Positions 1 through 12,806 of a stretch of 64,000 nt of DNA are shown piece after piece. This stretch comes from Bigelowiella natans CCMP2755 (Eukaryota > Protista > Cercozoa). Position 1 is the stretch's first letter. Each line of letters begins with the position of its first letter. The stretch is taken from positions 1 through 64,000 of the forward strand of contig ADNK01003482.1 in the NCBI GenBank assembly GCA_000320545.1, in the 5' to 3' direction. The notes under the pieces were generated by a model. The model was not told the origin of the DNA, searched no databases, and saw nothing but the letters and a program-made list of their open reading frames with translations. Position numbers and translations under genes: made by a program.

Positions 1-1050
1 GTAATATTCCTTGATAAGGAGTTCTATTCCACAAAGAATGTCTGATATCCACCTTGCGGCTTGATCATCTTCAGTTTGAGTGAGTCTTGAGATATTTCTC
101 TTCTCACGTAATTTTTTAATTGCTCCACAAGACTGAGCAAGATGCCGATGAAGACAGCTACGTCCCATCCTGGTCTAACGATCTACATGGGCATTCCGTT
201 GTGATTTTTTCCCTTTGCCCGCACAGGGACAAGTCATTTTGATTCCCCCCCCCCCCCCCCCCCCCCCCCCCCCTACGAAGGTGGAAGGGCCTCTGAAAGG
301 CGTTCCAATATGTGGTGCTATTGGAGATCAACAGGTAGTCGATATGATATGGTAGATTTATTGATAGATTATAACATGTCACCTGCTACCTAGGGGGCAT
401 TGGTTGGCCAAAGGTGCTTTGAAAAAGGTGAAAGATCCTATGATGTCAATGATGTTGATGATGATGATGATGATGATGAGGAAGAAGAAGAAGAAGAAGA
501 AGAAGATTGGCAGTGTGATCATGGTGGTGATAGCACATATAAATGAAGATGAAATCATACCAAACTTTAAGATTAGAAACATTTTATAAGTTATCTAATA
601 CTACTGCTGCTGCTACTACTACTACTACTACTACTACTCCACTATCACTAGAAATACTTCTTACAATAAAAGGAATGTTAGTTACCTTTGAAGTGTTGCT
701 CGTATGACTACGTATTCAGCTTGATTATAATGATGAATATGATATTACATGAATTCTAGCTCCTTCTTCTCAATCTTCAACTCCATATTCATTCTTTCTC
801 GTCTTAGGTCAATTGAAGAATACGTTTGGAACCGGACAATTCCTTCTCCTCAACACTGGTACCACTACTCTACTACTGCTGCTGCTGCTGTGTACGTCGT
901 CACCGCTATCTATCTAAACGAGGAGAGAGAGAGAGAGAGAAAGAGAGGAAGAATACAGATAGGGTGAGGTATTTTCTCTTATTAGTATGTGCGGGCTATT
1001 TTTCCTCTTGAACTTTGTCCTTGTTCGCTACTGCTGCAACAAATACAACA

Positions 1051-1081
<31 letters not shown>

Positions 1082-1550
1082 GAACCAAGTAACGATAATT
1101 TTATAATAGCAATTCTAACTGCTTTCTCCTCCTCCCCCTCCTCTCCCCTTTGCTGTCGTTCTCTTATTATTCTCTTTTTACAGGGACAGAGTGCGTGTAC
1201 TCAGAGGAAGGTGATATACTGTTAATATGTTGTGATTATCGATGTAAGCAGTAGTGCTGTAATGATAGTTACTACTGTTCAAAGCACATATCTGAACTCG
1301 ATTATTTCTTTATAAGACTCTACCATCTCTCAGTTCTCGTCCTCCTCCTCCTTTCTCCTCTTATGTGTGTGCAATCAATCAAGCCACCCCCTTCCAGCAC
1401 CTACTAACTGCTACTACTACTACTACTACTTTACCACTCAGGGCTGTTGTCCACTGTAGCCTACCAAATCGGGCAAAGTGCAGATGCGACATATGCGGTT
1501 GAGGTCATATCATCGTAGCAGCAATGACTATTATTGTCATTACTATTATC

Positions 1551-1582
<32 letters not shown>

Positions 1583-2688
1583 GATTCACTCTGCCATGTT
1601 GAGAGTACGATCCAATGCATAATCATCGCGTAGTGTGCAGCATAACATATATTACCTTTCGCAACACACACACAACACATACAACACACAGGGTGCGGTA
1701 GCTATATCCGGTGTCGGACTCAAGTGGATGGTAAAATTTACATGACGATGTTGTTGTTGTTGTTGTTGTTATCGTCCTCCTTTTCGTATGATAAGTTGTC
1801 GGTCTTGATCTGTACTTCTCCTGCACTTGTGACGATGGGTATGCACGAATGTGAAATACATACTCATTAGTGCTTTGGGTTGATATCTGTTACTATCGTA
1901 AAATACCTCGCTCTTAGGTGGAAAGCATGGGATTTGCATCGTCTCCAAAAGTAGATTACATGTTTGTTTGTAGTAGCTAGAATGATAAATAGTTCCGGCC
2001 TCTGCGCTCTCTTCTGTATCATTATCATCATGATGGTTCTTTGCCTCTTATTTACATAATAACTAAAGGAAATAGTAGACCTTGCACAGACAGTCGAATC
2101 AACCAAAGGTAGGTAGTAGTAGTAGTAGTAGTAGTAGTAATAGGAGGAGGAAGGGGTGATGGGGGAGGAGGAGAGACTGATAAGAGCTAACTTCCTGTCC
2201 AACATTATTATTTACTAATAAATACAATTTTGAAACATGATCTTTTGTTTTCTTTTGTTATGTTGTCTTATATCTTTGTAGGCCTTTACTTCGTCCCTGC
2301 GTTCAGTGGTCTAATGGCTCCCCACTGGAAACCAGATGCAAGAGGTTGATCAACACACCAGGAACAAGAAGATATACAAGATAAAGAAGAAGAGAAATAG
2401 TGCTCTTGCAGCAGCAGCAGCAACAACAACAACAAGAAGAAGAAGAAGAAGCTGCATCAACTTCAGTTTCATTCTTTTTTCACTTAATTGCAATCGATGT
2501 TGTCATTAGACACTACACCATCTTTCCTTTTTCCATCATTCATTTCATCCCCACTTTACTACTAATCATATTACATTCTTATTAAAGGAATCATGATCGG
2601 TTGGACGCATTATCACGGGTATTACTACTACTACTACTAATAATAATAATGATAATAGAAATGCTGTTTGCCCCTTCTTATAAACTTG

Positions 2689-2749
<61 letters not shown>

Positions 2750-3187
2750 GATGATTAGGTTGTTGTCTTGTTGCCATCTTTAATGATGATGATAATGACA
2801 AGTATTCTGATGTTTACTGATTTTTCTGGATTTTAAATTTTTGTTATAATTCTCATCACAACGTGATGTTGTTGTTGTTCTTGTTGTTGTTGAAGGAGAG
2901 CACATTTGTGTCGTGCACTCGTCGAGGTACAAGAGGTGTGGGAGGGGAATCAGGAGGCATAACACACACTATTCGAGCTAAGTGATGATGATGGTTGAGT
3001 TGAGGATGACTCGATACTTGAAGAATGTGGAGCACAACAACTATACCCTCATCATAACTTCACGTTTGTTGTTCCTGCCAGTTGAATTGAAACTACTACT
3101 CTTGCTTTAGCTATTTTGATCGTTGTTGTTGTATGTTACTACACTACCAATCAGGCCTTGTGCTTCCAATGTCGGGATGTTGGTAAG

Positions 3188-3241
<54 letters not shown>

Positions 3242-3440
3242 CAACAAGAGACAGCAGCAACAAGAACAAGAACAACATTATTAACAAATGACTGATGATT
3301 AGTGCAAGCAATGGGAGTTGGTCCTGAGCTTATCAAAGTGGATGGTGGTGTAGGTATACAAATATGATACATACCTACATAACATAATATTTATCTGCCA
3401 ATGCAACCAACTGCTGTGACATATATGAATTTGCTGCTGC

Positions 3441-3493
<53 letters not shown>

Positions 3494-3637
3494 TCCTCCT
3501 CCTCCTCTTCCTCCTCCTCCTCCTCCGTATGATGTTTTCTACAGCAGCAGCAGCAACAACCATCACACCACCTCCAAGAATTCCAACATCCTGTTATCAT
3601 CATCATCTTCACTTATACTCTTGCTGTTTCTTGCATA

Positions 3638-3670
<33 letters not shown>

Positions 3671-4766
3671 ACAGCACAAAACGACTTCGTAATGCAGCTA
3701 TTGGCTGATATAACTCAGGTGGTGGTTATAACGGGTGGTTACAATACCCCCTCCTTCTCCCTCCCTAATCTATCTATACGAATCAGCCCGACACACATTG
3801 CTAAATAACAATGTAAATATATTAGGTGCCAGTAGTAAGGCCCAAGAACGTTGAGACCACAGGTGATGGATTTGTGCAGGAGGAGGAGGAGGATGATGAT
3901 GATGACGATGTTGTTGTCTTCTCCAAATGTAGTGGTAGTAGTAGCATGTGAATGGTGTTTGTACCAACACTATTCTCATCAATGTGTTGATCAACAACAC
4001 TATTAACTACTGCTGCTGCTACTACTACTACTACTACTACTACTTCATTACACGCTACCAAAGGTGCGGGGGCAGCCATTATGGCTGGACTCGGAGCTGG
4101 CCTTTGGAAAGGTACTAGCATTAGTAGTAGAATCCTCTTTGCTGCATTCTTCGTTTATTCCCATAATATTCTCATCATAAACATCATATTATGAACGATA
4201 TATCCTAGACATAAAAGATGTAGACAATTGCCACTCGCAAGGGGCTGCTGCAATGCGGTACTTCGATAAAAACTGCTACATCTACCATACTACTACTATG
4301 TCTACTACTAGAAGTATACCGTAATTATATTATTTCTAGTGCCACGACAACACGCCGGGATTCTGAGTGATGATGGTGATGTTGGTGATGATGATGATGA
4401 CGACTACGACGATATAGCCCTGTTATTTCACTCACTTACATTGCCATTGTTGTCGGCTCGAAACGATCGACTGGCTGTATTCTAAGATTTGACCCTGATC
4501 TTGAAGCTGAAGCTGAGTGGAGGTAAAAAGGAGTGATCTTGTTCTTTTGCTGGTGAGGTTGTTGTTATTATGTCTTGGTGCTTGTTCTTACGCGCGGTGA
4601 ATGTTGAAAAGCAAAAACTATTATTCAAAAGTTTTTCTTTCAGCGCAATTTCTTATATTCTGCCTTTTTAGATGGATCGCTCACACGTAATACTACTTGG
4701 TATTATGATTATTATTGCAGGCATGGAAGATGGAACGAGGCGTTGCAGCGATGCATTGGGTTATGA
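1..4766 (+). CDS. GK: Glycerol kinase (FGGY family), 3' part, many short exons
   Basis: Exon peptides in family order: GVPICGAIGDQQ (~280-333), GQLKNTFGTGQFLLLNTG (~808-870), GLLSTVAYQIG..YAVE (~1441-1503), LYFVPAFSGLMAPHWKPDARG (~2281-2344), IKVDGG (~3330-3349), DFVMQLLADI, VVRPKNVETT, GAAIMAGLGAGLW, RWNEALQRCIGL* (TGA 4764-4766). The gene starts upstream of the window. Confidence 0.93.
245..273. repeat. Poly-C homopolymer (29 nt) in glycerol kinase intron
   Basis: Directly visible run of C. Confidence 0.95.
2692..2746. repeat. (TA)n microsatellite, intronic
   Basis: Directly visible. One of many intronic microsatellites (TAC, GAT, GA, CA, GTT) across the window. Confidence 0.95.
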
Positions 4767-5729
4767 TGATTACATACTGACAGTATTTAAAGTAGATTCT
4801 GAAAAGGCCAAAGTTATGTGCTTCATGTTATTCTTGCGTATAATCATTGCATGTATCACTTTGTATTTTGCATCATCTTATTGTTGTTACGACAGACCTA
4901 TAAACATTCAATAGGATAAAATTCGGAGAGTATCATATTGCAAAGCAAAGCATGAGAAATACTCAAGCATTAACCGTTCACATAGGTGGGAAGATCATCA
5001 CTCTGGCGGGGATTATGAGGAGTGAAGAACATAGCAGTCGAACGATCGTTAGTTACCTCAAGGATCACATGTGTCCTCCAAACAATGGTCGAGATCGTTG
5101 CAGCAGGTCTACAGGTGTCCAACAGCATGCAGCTCAACAATTAATGAATAATGCTGCACTAATGTATTTATGAAATAATCTAGTAATGGTACCCATAAAC
5201 TAGTAAATAACACTCATGCTAGCATGCAAAGCATACGACGTACGTTGTACGTACGCAGTAATCATGTGCTAGCTAGCTAGCAGAGTGCGGTGCACATGCT
5301 AGCATGCGGCGAGTGCTAGAGTGTAAGCTGTGAGCGCCCGCTTGCACGCATATGATAGATAGCAATGAGCTCTACAGCTGAATAAATAATATGGCGGAAT
5401 AGATCGACACACTAGCTAGCTAGCAAGCAATAAATGTAACTAACTGACTATAAGCAATCTGATCTCTGCTTCATGGCTATAGTAAGCAGGCGGGATGACG
5501 CGCAAGCCCACACTATTGGTCTGCCTACCTCTCTAGCTCTAGACCTACTAGACTGGTCTACACCTGCTGCGCAACATTGCATGCATGCGGATGTCGACCA
5601 TAGACAGCACGGTACATGTCGTTCCACAAAAAGGCGCAGCCCACATCACAATTTTGCTGGGGATTCTCATTTCCCTCTCGGTTTTGTTATACTGTGCGAA
5701 ACACACAAACCGATATTTCAATTCACTGT

Positions 5730-6868
5730 CTACCAACTTGCTCCCAGCATACCTACAGCTGCTTCTAAATTATTCCCATTTCGTGATAGTGCTCTCCTAG
5801 CTTGTTGCTCCTCAAAACCCATACCAACCAGAGTTTGTACTCGAGTCGGGTCTGGTTCGACCAATGGCACTGCTGGGGGGGGGCCAAAGAGTTGTTGAGG
5901 CATGCTGGGATCTGCTTCAGGGACTTGTTGATAGCCTGCATTGCGTCGCCTTCTCGATTGGTTGTAAAAACATTTACAATATTGTGCACAACAACGTTGA
6001 ACCCACAGTGGCATACGAATCCGCTGGAAAGGAAAAAGTCGGGAACGATAAAGAACACCGGCCAACAGGCCACACAACGAAGGCCAAATCGAATGGGGGA
6101 ATTCTGCGAACATGAGCTGAGAAAAACACATAAGTAAGAACAACTGACAATTGGTATCGCTATCATTCTTTTATTACCTGTAAACCAAAGAGGTACTTGA
6201 AAGTCTTGTCACTTATCGGGATAAAGAGAAGGCCCCCTTTCATTGAGGGCGGTATATCAGAAAAGAAGAAGGTAAAGAGTCCAAACACTATCGAGTACGG
6301 TCCCGGTGCAAGGCGTTTTGCAACTTTTGCAGCTAGAAGTATAAGTTGAAAAATTGTAGATAGCGTTGTCAAAACGAGCACGGCAACCTAACAAGAACAG
6401 AACCATTCAATTAAGTTCCTTTAAAGATGGGAATGCAATTTTAGACACACCGCAAACTTGGGGGTTTTGAATCTCCGTTCAAACTCCCTGAAGAAATACA
6501 GCAATAATATTCCAAAGAAGATCCCCGATTGCGTAGAAAAAACAATGTGACTGGTGACAAGTCGCCACACCTAAGAAAAATGGTAAGTGAGAGGTAAGTG
6601 AGAGGTATTTGCTCTGAACGAGAGCGTCCTATATTCTACAAGTATCTCAGGATTCAAAATGATTTCTACCTGTCCATGGCCAAACGTGTTTTTAATGTCT
6701 AAATTGCACAGGTGCTGCACATTTAAGAAAGAAGCCAGTACGGAGGCTCCAACGCATAAAGTACACAAGCACTTCGAGAAGGGGGCCTTCCCTGAAAACA
6801 AAAATTGATCAAATATTTTTCTGCATGGGATGCAATGGAGAAATGCTGGTACCAAAGCCTGGAGCCAT
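5730..6868 (-). CDS. UBAC2: UBAC2/Dsc2-like rhomboid pseudoprotease with C-terminal UBA domain
   Basis: N-terminus MAPGF|GKAPFSK, FRxFERxxG-type exon at ~6450-6560, transmembrane segments (APGPYSIVFGLF, SDKTFKYLFGLQ), and C-terminal UBA VQTLVGMGFEEQQARRALSRNGNNLEAAVGML. Confidence 0.85.
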
Positions 6869-7262
6869 GACTTTGTGGATTAAAACTGAGGGAATATGAT
6901 TATCTCGTAAACAAGAGAGGCAAAAAAAGAATATCGAGAACGAGGTGTTGTGCAAAAGGATGAGGAGGACCACTCCCCAACATCATTTTCTTACTGTGGT
7001 TAAGGAAGAGCTCTGGACGTGGTCTTTTGAGAGGTCTACCAACCTCCTGGCAGAGAGTCTCGAGAGAATATCCTACTGCGACAAAAGAAACTTGACAAAA
7101 AAGAGGCAAAATAGAGTAGAGCGACGAGCGAGAAAGGGCAATTTAATAAGTTAAACATCTCCTTCGTAGAGTACACGGCTGATGATGATCCATTAGAGAA
7201 GTCAAAGACGATGGAAGAAGTGGACCCAGACTCATCCCTTTCCGCATCCTAAGAAGAATTTA

Positions 7263-8512
7263 ATGTCGTCTATCGTGAGGAAGTTGTTGTTTCCATTGCC
7301 GGACCCTCCCGACTATGATGACACCACTTTTCCTGAAGACTTAATTTGGGTGCCCCAAGATGAGAAGAAAGAAAAACCCATGATACCCTGCATCTTCCTT
7401 CCACACAAAGGGTTAGTCACCATTTTGAGTACATTAGTTACTGCTATCAATCCTGAAAGTTGAACTTGAATCAGAGCGAAGAGGATGGTCATCTATTGTC
7501 ACGGAAATGGGTGTGACCTTGGAACCATATATGAGGAACTGTTACGCTATAGGGAATATTGGCAGGTGTGTGAAAAATGCAATGTTGCTAAATTTGTTTT
7601 ATATCGGAAATGTTGTTGGATTTTTAGGTTCACATACTAGCAATGGAATATCCGGGTTATGGTCTTTGTAAAGGAGAACCTGGCGAGAAATCAATCAACG
7701 AAGCAGTCTTCAGTGTGTATGATTACATTACGCAGCAGCTTCGATGGCCTTCCCTTTTCATATTTTTCTATGGGAGATCCATTGGCACGGGCCCAGTTTG
7801 TAAGCTGGTCTCTACCTTACAAACTCAGGGAACACGAGTAGGTGGAATAATTCTCCACTGTGCATACACCTCTATTCGGGCTGTGGTGAGCAATGCTATT
7901 GGTAGTGTAGCAGCTGCACTTATAACAGACAGGTGGCAAAATATTAAAGAAGTTCAGTCCATTGACTGTCCGATGCTCCTGATTCATGGGCAAGCAGACA
8001 CTCTCATTCCATTTACACACTCCGAATTATTATACGACAAATGTAAATCACAACATAAACAGCTAGTTATTGTTGCTGAAGCCACCCACAATACGTTCGA
8101 TGAAGTGGAGGATATAAAGAAGCCGATTGAGAAGTTTATAAAGCGAGCGGCCATGTTGATGCAGAAGACGTTGAAACATTATGCAGACGCACGTAAGAAA
8201 AAACCCACGAGAAATAAGCAAAAGAAGTCATCCCAACGGAATAGCAGGATAGAAGATTCCAAAAACATTTTTGCAGGGTCAAGTAAAGAGGTATTGCTCG
8301 ATTCTCCCAAATACGCCCCAAAAGTTATGAGGAGGAATCCAGAGGAATCTAATACACTCTTTCAGGAACCTCGGCATCTTGAAAAGAATAGCGGGAGAAA
8401 TGGTCATAAAAAGAAACTTCATAAACAAGGGAAAAAGAAATCTGCACCCAGAGACACATCGAGAAACTCTTTTACGTGCCAGTCAAGTAGTTTCTCCGTG
8501 AACTCTAAATGA
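7263..8512 (+). CDS. ABHD17: ABHD17-family alpha/beta hydrolase (depalmitoylase-like)
   Basis: Three exons (~7263-7411, 7474-7566, 7628-8512). Motifs YCHGNGCDLG, EYPGYG, GRSIG (nucleophile), HGQADTLIP, ATHN. Basic low-complexity tail. Confidence 0.88.
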
Positions 8513-9253
8513 TGAAAGATGATGACTTTCATAATTGGTTGATGCATGTGTACACTTCTGCACTTAATTGCCGCTGAGCTGACATGTGCAGTTGTGTCAT
8601 AATCCAAACAATGTAGCTATGACGAAGTGTTATTTCACCTTAACTAGGGCATGCATACGATACGACCGTAACCACTTGTGTAGATTTATTTGCATTGCAG
8701 CTGACAGTGCCACAAGTAATGCATGAGCGATCGATCGCTGAGCCATGCAACATGCAACTAACATAAGCGAACATGTACAAGACGCGAAGACTGCCGCAAG
8801 CATGAACAATGCACGGCCGCCACTCGAGTACTAGAAATACGCCATTGATGTGGAAACGATTTTTTGGAAGCTGCTTGTAGAACCCTGTCACCCATCTGGT
8901 CATCATTTGCGACGGTTATTGAGCCCTGTTCGCCTTTTCCCACAACCAGCTGAAACCCGGTGATCGACACTCTAGATCTGCAATGCATGGAATTTTTTTT
9001 GTGGTTTTCCAAGCTTATTGCTTGATGAAGTTTGGTGCGGCCACCATGCTCGCAAAGCCGATGTTGCAAGTTTCTGCTGGCTGTGCCACAACTGTAGCAC
9101 CAGACCAGTAGCCTTTACATACACTTTTTTTACCTTCATCATGATAAGTAATATGACATTCGGTTTCATGATGGCATAGCAGCAACAGCGATAACTGTGC
9201 TAAGGCGCATGTTATCTGCCGTGCTCATAAACCCACAGGTGTGCAGACTGGCT

Positions 9254-12233
9254 TCAATAAAACACGGTATCTTGCATTAGATGCCTCGCTTCCTTGCGCA
9301 CTTGAGGCAACTTACCTACTTCCCTCCACAAGTAGAAGTCTAGAGCATCGCTAGTTACAAGCTTTTCAGGGTCATGAAAATCATCCCCATGTGTGTCCGT
9401 ACCATGACTAATATTCTTATTTTTCCTTTGGTATTCTTTTGGAATTTTCCACTTTAGAGAATTCAGTTTTGCTGCTACTTGGGTGGTATAAAGCACTTCG
9501 CGCAACATGTCTTTGTCTTCTTGGTACATTAACATCTTTTCCGCCTCTTTTAGAGGAACCAACACCACTTCGCAAGCTTCTGAATTGGGTCGTAGTTGTG
9601 CTTCGTCCTGGATGAAAGAAGGAAGAAGTGGAGGAGGGGAGGAACAAAGAAGACAATAAGGAAGTCTGACAACATAACGCAATTGAAATATATCGTTCTC
9701 CTTTTTCGTTAAAAAACGTTTTTGTCTTTTGACTCAGATTTATTCTCCAACCACGCTCGTTAAATACACACACGAGTAACAATAAAGAAGCAAGCCAAAC
9801 AGATGGACATAGGATTGTCAATGACGTTTATCAGGCCTAACACGCAAATCAAAAATTATTTATGAGCATTATAACCCCTTTCCTTCAATCCCCCCCATCA
9901 GTCTCCGTGACTTATCGCTTCTCTCATTACCAACGTAGAACACCAGGCAAAATAGAGGCGTTCAGTCTTGTGCATGACCAATGAAGGCCGCTTGGTTCCA
10001 TCAGGGTATGCAGAGTGCCTCTTCCATTTGTCACTATGCAGCTTTCCAATAAAGCTATAGCTCCTTTCAGAATAGGCAGTTTGGAGAAGCCCAGACACAC
10101 TCACTCCTGTTTCCTCCCGTGTTTCTCGAAGTGCACAACTCTCTATATTCTCACCAGCATCTGGATGTCCTTTTGGAAAAGTATAGCCCCTACTCGTTTT
10201 TTTGGGTTTGATTAACAGAACACATGTTTGCTGCACTTGCTGCGGATGCTGTTGAACTTCTCGTCCAAGTTCCTTGCTAGCGGGGTCGGTAGAGCATACA
10301 ACGATGCAACCATAGCTATAATCCTCCATTTCATCAAGCCGTGTTTCCCCTGTGTAAGATTAATTATAGATATATTATAAATGTAGACATGCATTGGACT
10401 CATAGAATGATTGTTAAAATAAAGATTAATCAGTTTGACTTGCTTGCTTAAGATCTGATTCGGAGAGGGGTCGACATCGAGGACGTGAGTATGTAGCCTC
10501 TAGTTTCATGTTTCTCGGTTTTACATTGATCAACTTTCGTCGTTTACTATTTTGCGACGATGGCGATGACGGTAGCGCCTGTTAATGATCAATTTACAGA
10601 ATGAGAACCCGGAACCAACCATTAAAATAAGAAGAAGATAGTTGCGGAAATATAATTATCATGTTGCAATGAGTGAACATGCTACTCGCAAACCTGAGGT
10701 CCAAGTAAAAGTTCCACACCATGGCGTCCATTAATTAGCTCTCCCATTACGATGCCTTCCAGGTCATTGTATTCCTTTTTCTTTAAATCCTGTAGTTTGA
10801 CTTTGTGTCCGACAGAAAAAGATGTAGGTGATGATGAGGAGGATAGTGACGCCTCTTTCTGTGACTTCCCTTTGCCATCGTCTTCGGTTCCATTGCTGTG
10901 CTCAGAGGCTCCAATATTTTCCTTATTGAAGTTAGACGCAGTGTCAGGATTTCATTATTCATATAAGTTATATTCTTCGTTTGAGATGGTAAAGGTATCA
11001 TCACTCAACTACGACTTAGCTACCTTCATGTCCCAAGTACTAGCTTCTTTCTTCAGTTCTTTTAGAATCATCTCACAAGCAACGATACTTCCGGCACGCA
11101 GAGCGCATTCCATCTCCCGGTTTTTGAGGGGCTGGCGTGAGTCAATATTCCTTCCAAGCTCCTCCGAATACTCCAGTATTCCATAGTGACGTAGCGCAGC
11201 CGGAAGCACGTTGTCTGCGCAAACGGTCATGTTGTCAATATCCTCGAAGTCAAAAAGCGAGGGTTCTTCGTCTTTAAATCTTCGATGCAGATCATTTACA
11301 AGAAGCTGTGCCTTTTTGTAGACATGCACCGTTCTCACTGTGGTACTTCTAGCGACAACCGAGTCTTGTTTTTTGTCTTTTTTTCCCTCTAGATTCTTGG
11401 CACCACTGTCCTGCTGTCTAAATTCGTAAGCATCTTTGAAAACAGAGGGGAATGTTTTACCAAGTTCTTTCACAAAGTCTGCAGCGGGTCTAATGCTACT
11501 TTTGCCCCTTTGTTGGCCCATTCCCCGTATATCCCGAAGTGTTTCCATAACAAAATCACTGAAACCTTCCCATTGTCTAGCGCGCATTGTGCGGCCCATC
11601 TCGTTACAAACAGCGACAATCTTCGACGCAAGGGGCCTCACAGGGCTATGTTGCGTGGAGTACATGGCTGGCTTTATCTCCACATCCATGTCTATGGGGA
11701 TGCCAAAAAGCTGCGGTATATCGATCAGCTTAAGATTGAGGAGAAAGTCCGCATTTATTGTTTGCGAGATATGGGCTCCGATGCAGCCGTGAGCGATGGT
11801 TTCATAGGCTCCACGTTTACAGTATTGGTGCAGCAGCTCCCTATAACCGGAACCGAAGTTTAGGGCGTGTAGAAGACCAAGGAAATTTATCTCAGATGAG
11901 CGATCCTGAGATTTACCAAACGAAAATACGCATATTTATCATTTATTTTGGGATTCTTATTCGAAGCCTACTTTATACCAATAACTAGACGTAGATACTG
12001 ACCTTGAATTGCAGCGGAAACGGTGTGCGGGTTGCAGAACGCAGTTCTTTTGGCCCGATTGTAGCTGCGAATTTCACAACAGCTTCCTCATGAACTTTGA
12101 CGTGCCGAGACACGGATTCTAGTGCAAGATACTGGTAAGTCGATGTCTTGATCAACTCGAACATGCTAATATCCCCCTCATCCTTGTTCCCCTTCTCCTC
12201 CTTCGGAGCAGCTGCTGCTGGTCCTGCTTCCAT
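9254..12233 (-). CDS. QNG1: Queuosine salvage protein (QNG1/DUF2419, Q-nucleotide N-glycosylase) with inserted SH3-like module and Nudix hydrolase domain; about 750 aa, 6 exons
   Basis: Exons 12233-12003, 11905-11024, 10921-10694, 10578-10440, 10349-9931 and 9607-9254 join in frame through GT-AG introns. DUF2419 motifs: SRHV, LNFGSG, FKD, YKKAQL, MTVCADNVLPAALRHYGILEYS, ECALRAGSI, and terminal LDFYLW...RH..QDTVFY*. Nudix box: FPKGHPDAGENIESCALRETREETG. Confidence 0.85.
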
Positions 12234-12806
12234 GCTCGGTCGTCGTCGTCGTCGTCGTCGTCGTCGTCTTCTCTCGCTGTTACCAGATCTAGTCTACTGC
12301 CGCAACTGCTACTGTGTTTAATCGATCGATCTCGAGAGAATCTCCAAAAAAATTGAACAGAATTGCATAAAAGTCTTAACTGGATTTCAGATTTCACGTT
12401 GATGTGCGTGACAACCCACAAATTCACCTAAAATTGGACCAATATGAAGTTCGGAAGTTCAGATCGACTACCGCTACTCCTCCTCATCCACGCCTGGAAT
12501 TTATAGGTGCGACAACCTATTTTTGTTACAAATTGGAGAAATCGTAGACCACATGCGGACGTTTAGCGTCATCACCAACGTAGCATCATCATCCACGCAT
12601 AGGTTGGTTACATGATAACCCGAGATAACGGTGAATGGAGGCGCGTTGATGATGGATGATATGATAGACCGTGTGTGGTTCTGGCGCATGTAGATTTGAT
12701 CAACGCTTTGTTCATTGTTCATTGTTCATCATTGACCGCTGATAGGAGGACACGAGTAGCAGGACCAGGAGGCATTAAATAGAATAGAAAGATCAATCCC
12801 ACAAGA

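Noticed and set aside
379-4121. Many short ORFs with poly-Y/T/I/M/V/S tracts
   Set aside because: They are translations of intronic microsatellites within the glycerol kinase gene.
9254-10509. Stand-alone Nudix gene starting at ATG 10509 or 10329
   Set aside because: Upstream exons splice in frame from QNG1, and the last exon ends in the DUF2419 C-terminal signature, so a single gene is the better explanation.
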